From: Oscillospiraceae bacterium
GTDB lineage: Bacteria; Bacillota; Clostridia; Oscillospirales; Acutalibacteraceae
DNA: 24,475 nt
Direction: 5' to 3'
Assembly: GCA_031547365.1 (NCBI GenBank)
Contig: JAVBSB010000052.1
Location: 1-24,475, forward strand
Shown here in pieces: positions 8,505 to 15,989 of this stretch (position 1 is its first letter; every line of letters starts with the position of its first letter). The translations under genes and the position numbers were made by a program. The notes under the pieces were generated by a model. That model searched no databases. It was not told the DNA's origin and saw only the letters and a list, made by a program, of their open reading frames with translations.

Positions 8505-10082
8505 TTATTTATACATGTTGATGACGGTGAAGTCAGCGGTTTTGCCGGAAACGGAATCGGTGAGCGTAATCACGACGGGGACCTCCAGTATCCAGCCTGT
8601 GCCGTCGACAAAGTTATCTTCATTTAAGAAATCAACCCAGCTCATTAAGCATTTGGAGATAATCTTGCCATTGCTGATATAAATATCCGAGCTGGTGTAG
8701 GCATAACCGCTGGGGCTCTGGATATTGGTAATTTGAATGTCTGTAAGATTGACGCCCTGTCCGGAGACGATGATGTTGCCAAGCGGGATTTCGATGTGTC
8801 CTATTGCGCTGAACAAAGCGGCTTCCTCGTAGTCCAGGGTCATTTCCCAGTCTTCTTCGTCCCAAGGCTCGAACGTATCGGGATCCTGTGTCTGTGCATT
8901 GAAGAAAATGCGATCGTTTGAAGTAGCAGGTCTGTAAGAGGTTGAAAGTAGGTTGAGCGCAAGGTCGCCTGTGCCGCCTGTGCTGGTGGCGGCTTTCAAT
9001 GCTGCCACAACTGTGGCGTTGTCTGTCGCCCAGCCATCCAGACCCGCAAAGTCAACCGCTTCCATATCCGCGTGTACTGCATAGTAGAAGTTGCCGTCGG
9101 GCTGTTTATCGAGCTTCATCGTCTTAAGTAAATTTTTTGTGCTTGCGCCCGGCAGAACCGCTGCGCCCCAATATGCCCAGGCGTCGGTTGTTGTTCTGTC
9201 GTCAAGAATCCACTTGTTAACGCTTTCGCCGCCGCCTGTAATCCAATCGGAATAAAGAATCACATCAGCGCCGAGCTGCCACGAAATATATTCGCGGAAC
9301 GCATCGGATACCCCGCCGGTTTTCCAAGTGTGGGCGGTGAACCCGCATTCGATGTCGGAGCCATTTTCGTGACCGTAATCTTTGTCGTTGATCAACGCGT
9401 GGTCAACTGCGGTTGTGCCGTCTACAGTGACAGCGGTTGCGCCGGCAGAACCGCCTGCGACGGGGAGTTTGCGGCCGTACTGACCGTTGGGATCGCCTGC
9501 TTTTGTGCGGACATAGTAGTACTCAACCGTGTCATTGATTCCCTGCGCCAAAACGAAGTCCGCAGCCGTTAATGCCTGGACATAATCGCTTGCGCTGCCG
9601 CCGTTAACAACGTTTGCCCACTGCGCGTCGTTTTTGATGGTGGTCAGGTTTGCGGGGACAGAGGGATCAAGCGTTGCCGCAAAGCGTACGAATAAGCCGT
9701 CTGTACGTTGAATCAAAAACAGAGAAGGCTTCGTTTGGCTGTTTTCAATAAAATAGTCATAGGAGACCGCAGTGATATCCATGTATTCTTTCAGCGAAAT
9801 GCGCGTATAGATGCTGACGTACTCGTCGTCGTCAAACTGTGAGGTTCCGCCGATATTTTCAACGCGGATCTCTTTGGTGACGGGCGGATCGGATGTTTTC
9901 CAGTTCTTCGAGTTCTCAAAGTTTTCTACCAGATTGGCCATTGCCAGGGTACCCTTGCCTTCGTTGTGACCGGTTGCCTGGTCAAATTTTACGAAAGCCG
10001 CGTATGTGCCGCTGACCAATATGGCCAGCACGATCAGGGCGGCCGCCGCTGCAGCCAGACGTTTCTTGGTTTTGCTTTGCAT
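8505..10082 (-). CDS. BsaA/TasA-like SipW-dependent biofilm matrix/fibre subunit 1 (with C-terminal extension)
   Basis: SipW-type signal ...ILVSGTYA/AFVKF. KEIRVENIG, YTRISLKEYMD, WAYWGAAVLPGASTKNLL and FYYAVHADMEAVD blocks. RBS AAGGAG. Lies immediately downstream of sipW. Confidence 0.82.
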   Translation of the reverse strand: MQSKTKKRLAAAAAALIVLAILVSGTYAAFVKFDQATGHNEGKGTLAMANLVENFENSKNWKTSDPPVTKEIRVENIGGTSQFDDDEYVSIYTRISLKEYMDITAVSYDYFIENSQTKPSLFLIQRTDGLFVRFAATLDPSVPANLTTIKNDAQWANVVNGGSASDYVQALTAADFVLAQGINDTVEYYYVRTKAGDPNGQYGRKLPVAGGSAGATAVTVDGTTAVDHALINDKDYGHENGSDIECGFTAHTWKTGGVSDAFREYISWQLGADVILYSDWITGGGESVNKWILDDRTTTDAWAYWGAAVLPGASTKNLLKTMKLDKQPDGNFYYAVHADMEAVDFAGLDGWATDNATVVAALKAATSTGGTGDLALNLLSTSYRPATSNDRIFFNAQTQDPDTFEPWDEEDWEMTLDYEEAALFSAIGHIEIPLGNIIVSGQGVNLTDIQITNIQSPSGYAYTSSDIYISNGKIISKCLMSWVDFLNEDNFVDGTGWILEVPVVITLTDSVSGKTADFTVINMYK

Positions 10083-10154
10083 GGTTTAACGCTCCTTTTT
10101 CTTTAAACATTGTTTCATTGTGTTATTTGTCTGTATTTAAACGGATTTACCCGG

Positions 10155-10892
10155 TTAAACGTTTTTGGTTCGTCTTGTTTTTTTCTCTTTCTTTTTTCTT
10201 GGCTTCCTTTCGCCTTCCTGCTTTTTTTCTTCCTTGCTTTTTCGCGGCTTACCTAAAGCAATGCGCAGGAAGAAAGACAGCGCCAGCAATCCGCCGAACC
10301 ACAGCAGTATCAGCAAGAGATGATCCTTTACGAACTGCAAAATGCTCCCAAGCAGGGGGATGGATAAAATGACTACGCCCAGCACATTGTCCGCGTGCGT
10401 GATATCCAGGTCCGGAGAAATGTTTTCGACGCCCTTTGTTTCAAAGCCGCGCTTGCCGTTTTCATCAAAGTTGCCCAGAATGCCGACTACCTTATGGGTT
10501 GTGGTTTTATTGCCGTTATTTGAAAAGAAGGTGATGTTTTGACCAAGCTTTATCAGGTTGGGGTCGGTTTTTTTGACCAGTACAAGCGAGCCCTTCGGGA
10601 TTTCGCGCTGCATACTGCCGGAAAGGACGTTAAAGACATAAAAACCGGCGATATCCCGTGCGCCTCTGTCCCCCGCGTTGGTAGCGCATATGACCGCGAC
10701 AAAGCAGGCAAGGACCAGCGCGACACAAAAGATGATGTTTGACACAGCCTTCCAAACGACCTTGCTCTTGCCTGTGCCTTTCGGTTCCGGCGGCGCGCTG
10801 TGGCATGCGCCGGACTCAAGCATAGTCAGCAGCTCGTCAACAAAAGCTTCATCTTCAAGGTATTCATCAATATATACCTCTGGCACCATCAT
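10155..10892 (-). CDS. sipW: Signal peptidase I, SipW (ER/archaeal type)
   Basis: NVLSGSM (catalytic Ser codon 10614-10616), TTTHKV (His codon 10494-10496), ETKG..N..D, two TM segments and a Lys-rich tail. Start moved to 10892 because the promoter at 10942-10970 lies inside the longer ORF call. Confidence 0.9.
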   Translation of the reverse strand: MMVPEVYIDEYLEDEAFVDELLTMLESGACHSAPPEPKGTGKSKVVWKAVSNIIFCVALVLACFVAVICATNAGDRGARDIAGFYVFNVLSGSMQREIPKGSLVLVKKTDPNLIKLGQNITFFSNNGNKTTTHKVVGILGNFDENGKRGFETKGVENISPDLDITHADNVLGVVILSIPLLGSILQFVKDHLLLILLWFGGLLALSFFLRIALGKPRKSKEEKKQEGERKPRKKKEKKTRRTKNV

Positions 10893-10941
10893 AACTTTTT
10901 TACATTCCTGTGTTTTTATTTTCCGGCTTTCACACGCTATC

Positions 10942-10970
10942 ATTGTAACGTGTGAATGTATAAATGTCAA
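10942..10970 (-). promoter_or_regulatory. SigA-type promoter of the sipW operon
   Basis: TTGACA (10970-10965), 17 bp, TACAAT (10947-10942). Confidence 0.8.
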
Positions 10971-11105
10971 CAAAGTCAGTGTGCTAATAGGTGAAGAATG
11001 CGGATATAAAAACACATAGCACAAAATATGGAAACGTCTTTGTAATTCGATGCCAGTTTCTGAAACGCGCCTGCTAACATATTCCAGAGATAAATCGCTA
11101 AGCTT

Positions 11106-11148
11106 AAAAACAACCTCGCTGTCTTAACATGACACAGCGAGGCTGTTT
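11106..11148 (-). terminator. Intrinsic terminator after the GRE fusion gene
   Basis: CCTCGCTGT (11114-11122) / ACAGCGAGG (11134-11142), with an A5 run on + giving a U-tract on -. Confidence 0.75.
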
Positions 11149-11166
11149 ATTCTTTTAAATGATGCC

Positions 11167-14100
11167 TTATCCGTAGCAGGTACGATTGATAATAACTTTC
11201 TTTAAGTCGTCCGAAAGCTCGTTAAAATAGGCGCAGTAGCCCGCCACGCGCACCATCAGGTATTTATATTTTTCGGGGTGGTTATAGGCGTCGAGCAGCA
11301 GGTCGCGGCTGATGATATTGGGCTGGAATTGCATCCCGCCGGTGGTCAGAAAAGTCTTGAAGATTCCGCCGAGGTTCTTAACGCCCTGTTCGCCGGGGAA
11401 CAGCGCTGCGTCGATGGTGAACGTTGCGGTGGTACCGTTTACGGCGTAGTCGGTAAAGTTCACCTGCGCCAGCGCGTTAAGGGAGCTGAGCAGATCCGCC
11501 TTTTCCATGCCGTAGTGCGGCGCGACGCTGTTGGCCAAAGGCACGCCCTTACGCCTGCCGGAGGGCAGCGCCTGCGTCTTAATACCATATCGATCGCTGA
11601 CGTTGAGCGCGTAATAGCCTGCGGTGTATTGTCCGTTGCGCAGCGCATAGGGACACGCCTCAAGCGCTTCGTTATATATCTGCATCACGCGGCTGACCCA
11701 GCTTGCGGCGTCAATTGAGCTGTCATCGCCAAACTTGGGAACCGCCAATAAATCCTTGCGCAGCGATTGATGCGCTTCACCCTCAAAGTTCGCGTCGATC
11801 GCCTGTATCACCTGCAACAGACTGTATTTTTTCTGCTTGAACACCAGCTCGTCAATGGCATACAGCGAATCCGCAACGTCTGTCACGCCGACTGCCTGAA
11901 TGCCCGCGGTGTTGTATTTTGTGCCGCCCTCATATGCGTCCTTGCCGCTTTCCATGCAGCCCCGATACAGCGACGAAGCCAGCGGCGTTGTGTAGTATTC
12001 GCGCAGCGCCCTTTCGATGGTCTGCTGGTCGTCAAGAATGGATTTCGCAAGGGCGTTCAGCCGCGCCTTAAAGCGCGAGAGCAGCTCGGTCATGTCCTTC
12101 GGCGGGTTGTATTCATATAGCCCGCGCTTTCTGTTTCGTTTAACAATAGCTTTTTCGCGCCGTTCGGCAAGGTCGGGCTTCGCGAATTCGATTACGCGCG
12201 TGACCATTTTTTCTACCTGCAAGCCAAACCCGAAATTCCACAGGTCATGCTCATGCCCCTTCAGCGCCTGCAGCAGCGGCAGGGCAAGGTTCATATTGGC
12301 GCTGTCGGTGTTGCCAAAGTGGTCGTCGCTGGCAACAGGCTCCACGCAGCCAACGATGGAATAATTGCGCGCGTTTTCGATCGTAGTGTCATAGTGCTTT
12401 GTTAGGGTGTCAAAGTAGATGTTGTCGCTGAACAGCTCCGGCATTGGGCAGCCGTTGATGTATATTTCCGCAAGTCTGTCAAGGTAACGCGCGGGATTTT
12501 TTTCGTGGATGCGGGCGCACATATTGATGGCTAAGGGCTGCAGCTCGCAGGCGTCAATGCACATGTAGGTCACGTCGTTGACGGCGTCGTTGCCGTCTTT
12601 GTCTACGCCGCCGAAGGTCAGAGCCTGGTCGACGGAAAGCGTCTCAAACAGCTTACTGACGTTCAGCAGACCGTCGCCGTCGTTGACAAGTATTACTTCA
12701 TCCATCTTCAGCACAAACAGGCACAGCAGCTCTTTTGCTTCTTCATAGGTAATGCGCCCGGCCTCCAGGTCCCGCCTGAAGTATGGAAATAATATCTGGT
12801 CAATTCGGCCGAACGACACCGCGTTTTCATAAGCTTCGATGCACAGCGCAATCTGAAGAAACAGCATGCTCTGCAGCGCCTCGTGAAAGGTGCGCGCGGG
12901 GTGCTTTGGCACGCGGCGACAGATTGCTTCCATTTTTTCAAGCTCAGCCCTTCGCGTACGGTCGCTCTCGTTGACCGCCAGCGTGCGCAGCGCCTGCGCA
13001 TATCGCTCTGCCCAGATTTCCAGGGCGTCCAGCGCAATCAAAACGCCTCTGTAGAAATCCTGGTTATTTTCAGGGTGCGCCTTTGCCATGGCGCGGGCTT
13101 CTGCCTTCAGTCCCGTTGTACCCAGCTCCAATATGCGTTCAAAGTTAACGACATAGTGGGCAATGGCGGCAAAGTTATTGTTAAAGCCGGTGGAGGTTTC
13201 CGCAATGCGCGCCAGATTCAAAAAAAGCTTGCCGAAGCTGGTGTGTCCGCGCATGACGGTGCTTTTGTTGAGCCAGTAGGGAAAAATATGCTTGTAAAAA
13301 TAGCTGCGCTCCTCCTTCGTGGAGCTAAAGGCAACGGGTGTTTGCTTTGCTGCCTTGTAGAGAAAGGTGACATACAGCGTACCATATTGCTCCTCCCAGA
13401 TTTGCCCCGCAACACGCTTGCTTGTGAAGTTGCCGACCAGCAGCTCGCCGGGATAGACGATGGTTTTTTTTCGCCCCAGCACATAGTGCAGGCGCTGTGC
13501 GCGGTGAATTGCGACAGGCTTTTTGAAGCCGTCATATTTTTTATAGTACTCTGTCTTGAGCCTGGAAACTTCAAAGCAAATGGAGCGTTCGCTTTCGCGT
13601 ATGGCGCTCTGAATGTCCAGTACACGCTGCGTGAATTGTGCCTGCGGCGGATTTTCAGCAAGGTCGTCGTTGCGGGCGGAAACGCCGTATTGCCGGAACA
13701 GGTCAATTCCTTTTTTCAGCGAAAACAGGCTTTGCTCCGGCGTAATGTTCAGCTGCGGTATTTCCAGGTCCAGCCGCGCCGCTTTGCCCTCGTACATGTT
13801 GTGGTACTTCATCAGCTCAATTTGGTCAAAACCGAACGATTTGATATACTCTGCCGCAGCCTTAATCTGCGCTTCGCTGTCATTTAAGCCCGGCACCATC
13901 AGCATGCGTATCCTTAGATTCGCGCCCCGCGCAACGAGCTTTTCAAAATTGCCGTGTATGAGCTTGTCGTCCTTACCTGTCAAGTCCTTATGTACCTGCG
14001 CGCTGCCGACGAGCTTCAGGTCAACGAGAAAAAGATCAATATATGGCAGCAGCGCCTCTATGGTTTTCCACGGCGCACAAAGAGCGGTCTCTGCCGCTAT

Positions 14101-14430
14101 ATGGATGCCCTTGTCTTTTAGCAGAACCAACAATTCTTTCAGGCTGTCTTTGTCCTGCAAAAACGGTTCGCCGCCCGAGAGCGTAACGCCGCCCTGCGAT
14201 TGCGTATAGTATTTTTCATCTCGAAGCACCAATTCCGCAATCTCTTGCGCGGAGAGAATTTCATCACCCTCCTGCGGCAGGCGAGAAAGAATTTCGGGGT
14301 TTTGGCACCACTGACAACGCAGCGCACAACCTCTAAAAAATAGAGTCGTGCGCAGCCCGGGACCGTCGTGTACGCAGCTGCGTTGCACGCGGACGACATT
14401 AAGCCTTGTTTTTGTCTGAACCATTGGCAT
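11167..14430 (-). CDS. Fusion of glycyl-radical activating enzyme (radical SAM) and glycyl radical enzyme (PFL-like family, non-PFL)
   Basis: aa 1-~260: HDGPGLRT, CALRCQWC, GGVTLSGGEP. aa ~267-1087: GELLVGN, IVGCVEP (Cys695), RVAGY (Gly1064). One uninterrupted ORF with RBS AGGAGG at 14438-14443. Confidence 0.93.
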   Translation of the reverse strand: MPMVQTKTRLNVVRVQRSCVHDGPGLRTTLFFRGCALRCQWCQNPEILSRLPQEGDEILSAQEIAELVLRDEKYYTQSQGGVTLSGGEPFLQDKDSLKELLVLLKDKGIHIAAETALCAPWKTIEALLPYIDLFLVDLKLVGSAQVHKDLTGKDDKLIHGNFEKLVARGANLRIRMLMVPGLNDSEAQIKAAAEYIKSFGFDQIELMKYHNMYEGKAARLDLEIPQLNITPEQSLFSLKKGIDLFRQYGVSARNDDLAENPPQAQFTQRVLDIQSAIRESERSICFEVSRLKTEYYKKYDGFKKPVAIHRAQRLHYVLGRKKTIVYPGELLVGNFTSKRVAGQIWEEQYGTLYVTFLYKAAKQTPVAFSSTKEERSYFYKHIFPYWLNKSTVMRGHTSFGKLFLNLARIAETSTGFNNNFAAIAHYVVNFERILELGTTGLKAEARAMAKAHPENNQDFYRGVLIALDALEIWAERYAQALRTLAVNESDRTRRAELEKMEAICRRVPKHPARTFHEALQSMLFLQIALCIEAYENAVSFGRIDQILFPYFRRDLEAGRITYEEAKELLCLFVLKMDEVILVNDGDGLLNVSKLFETLSVDQALTFGGVDKDGNDAVNDVTYMCIDACELQPLAINMCARIHEKNPARYLDRLAEIYINGCPMPELFSDNIYFDTLTKHYDTTIENARNYSIVGCVEPVASDDHFGNTDSANMNLALPLLQALKGHEHDLWNFGFGLQVEKMVTRVIEFAKPDLAERREKAIVKRNRKRGLYEYNPPKDMTELLSRFKARLNALAKSILDDQQTIERALREYYTTPLASSLYRGCMESGKDAYEGGTKYNTAGIQAVGVTDVADSLYAIDELVFKQKKYSLLQVIQAIDANFEGEAHQSLRKDLLAVPKFGDDSSIDAASWVSRVMQIYNEALEACPYALRNGQYTAGYYALNVSDRYGIKTQALPSGRRKGVPLANSVAPHYGMEKADLLSSLNALAQVNFTDYAVNGTTATFTIDAALFPGEQGVKNLGGIFKTFLTTGGMQFQPNIISRDLLLDAYNHPEKYKYLMVRVAGYCAYFNELSDDLKKVIINRTCYG

Positions 14431-14462
14431 ATGCTCGCCTCCTGTTGTGATTGATTATCCTC

Positions 14463-14491
14463 ATTATAGCATAACACCAATAAAATATCCA
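14463..14491 (-). promoter_or_regulatory. Extended -10 promoter of the GRE fusion gene
   Basis: TGCTATAAT (14471-14463) with TGGATA at 17-bp spacing (14491-14486). Confidence 0.6.
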
Positions 14492-14521
14492 GCTCTTAAT
14501 AGGATAATGTTAAAAAAAATC

Positions 14522-14550
14522 TTGCTTTCCGGCACAAGATATAGTATAAT
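14522..14550 (+). promoter_or_regulatory. SigA-type promoter of the DivIVA-like operon
   Basis: TTGCTT (14522-14527), 17 bp, TATAAT (14545-14550). Confidence 0.6.
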
Positions 14551-14608
14551 ATATAATGTATAGGACTATATTCATTCGCAAGTCGATGAAAAAAGAAAGG
14601 TATGGATT

Positions 14609-15295
14609 GTGTCAATGAAGGATGACTATCTGCCAAATGAAAAATATCGCAATATGTTCGGAGTAGAGCGCAACGGTTATGGTTGTGAGCGTGTAGACCT
14701 TTATCTTGCGCAGCTGGAAGTTGCGTTTAAAAAAATTCGCGAGGATAACCGCAACCTCAAGCGTGAGCTGACAGAGCAAAGCCCTGCGTATACAGGGGCA
14801 GCCTCCCCGCGCGAGGGCGAGTTGATTGCGCAATTGGAGCAGCAGGGGCAGTACATAATGCAGCTGCAGGCGCAGCTGGCGGAACAGCAGGAGTATAGCC
14901 GCCAGATGACAGGGACGCTCGATATTAACGCAGATAATCCTAACGACGCGCTGCTTGTGCAAATAGAGGCCTTGCGCGGCGAGGCAGACGCATTGCGGCA
15001 GCAATTGCGCCGCCAGGCAACCGGCGCGCCGGCGGTAAACGAAGAGGAACAACAAAATATGATCGGCAAAGTGCTGGTCGAAGCGCGCTCGCAAGCGGAA
15101 GAAACCTTGCGCAACGCAAGGCAGGAGTCCGACGCTATGATGCGCAAAGCCCGCCAAAAGGTGGAGGAGCTGCGCAGCGAACAAGAACGCGTCCAGAGCC
15201 AGCTGCAGGCAATATCTTACGGTTTGCGCAACGTTTTGCGTGGTACTGCGGGTGCGGAATATCAACAGCGGGGTGAAGATTTTGCGGCATCTTGA
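14609..15295 (+). CDS. DivIVA-domain coiled-coil protein
   Basis: N-terminal FGVERNGYGCERVDLYLAQL matches the DivIVA F..RGY..EVD.FL motif. C-terminal LVEARSQAEETLRNARQESDAMMRKARQ resembles the DivIVA C-terminal coil. GTG start with RBS AGAAAGG (ATG 14615 is an alternative). Confidence 0.75.
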   Translation: MSMKDDYLPNEKYRNMFGVERNGYGCERVDLYLAQLEVAFKKIREDNRNLKRELTEQSPAYTGAASPREGELIAQLEQQGQYIMQLQAQLAEQQEYSRQMTGTLDINADNPNDALLVQIEALRGEADALRQQLRRQATGAPAVNEEEQQNMIGKVLVEARSQAEETLRNARQESDAMMRKARQKVEELRSEQERVQSQLQAISYGLRNVLRGTAGAEYQQRGEDFAAS

Positions 15296-15989
15296 AAAGA
15301 AAACAACCGAGCTGTCTCCTGAAGCCAGAGCCTTTATAGACGAGGTCGATCAGCTGGCGGGCGAAGTGCTTGTCGCAGACAAAGAATTGGCTATGCCCAT
15401 CAGCCGAGAGCACGCAAAAAGAATGAAAACGCTGGCTAATGTTTTTTATGTTGTTGTAGTTGTGCTGGGCTTGCTGGTCGGGTTTGTACTGCTGCTCAAC
15501 CGTTACGCAAGCAACGGTATACTTGGTATGCGCTTTTTTGTGGAGCAGACCAACGCCATGAATACAACGGTGCCGCGCGGTTCACTGCTGGTCACCGTAA
15601 CGCGCTCGAGCGAAAAAATCAAGAAAAACGACATTATAACCTACTATGCCGTTCAGACGGATCCTGACACCCGCCTGACCCGTATCGTAGACGAGTGCTT
15701 AAAAACCAACGGCATTCCTTTCTTTCGCACAAGGCGCGCAGGCAGCGCGCAGCCGGACAGCATGCTGATCAATATGACGAACATTCTCGGCGTAAAGCTG
15801 GCAATCATACCTTATGCCGGTTATGTCATATCGTTTATACAGACCTATGCATACGGATTTGCGGTGCTGGCGGCCGCGATGTGCGTTGCTGCGATTGCGC
15901 TGCGCCGCTGGTCGTTTAAGGAACATCCCGAAATGAAAAAGAAGCGGAAAAAGAAGAACAAAGGAAAGGTGCGTCATGCGGACGTATAA
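15282..15989 (+). CDS. SipW-like (peptidase S26) protein, probably catalytically inactive
   Basis: Co-linear with SipW: VPRGSLL, IKKNDIITY, NILGV, IPYAGYVISF, two TMs and a Lys-rich tail. SGSM is TNAM and THK/RV is LTRIV. TTG start at 15282 with RBS GGGGTG. Confidence 0.75.
   Translation: MRHLEKKTTELSPEARAFIDEVDQLAGEVLVADKELAMPISREHAKRMKTLANVFYVVVVVLGLLVGFVLLLNRYASNGILGMRFFVEQTNAMNTTVPRGSLLVTVTRSSEKIKKNDIITYYAVQTDPDTRLTRIVDECLKTNGIPFFRTRRAGSAQPDSMLINMTNILGVKLAIIPYAGYVISFIQTYAYGFAVLAAAMCVAAIALRRWSFKEHPEMKKKRKKKNKGKVRHADV

Noticed and set aside
10170-10240. Long T-rich run on + resembling a terminator or low-complexity repeat
   Set aside because: It encodes the Lys/Arg-rich C-terminal tail of SipW.
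10893-11024. N-terminal extension of sipW in the ORF track
   Set aside because: Contains the operon's own -35/-10 elements.
11056-11066. Short palindrome GTTTC-T-GAAAC upstream of the sipW promoter as an operator
   Set aside because: Only 5-bp arms, about 85 bp from the -35 and with no second copy found.
12883-13887. 334-aa + strand ORF and other ORFs antisense to the GRE fusion
   Set aside because: Shadow frames of a strongly supported gene, with no motifs, RBS or promoter.
11167-14430. Calling the GRE pyruvate formate-lyase (pflB/pflA)
   Set aside because: Lacks the adjacent Cys-Cys pair and RVSGY loop of PFL, having GCVEP and RVAGY instead.
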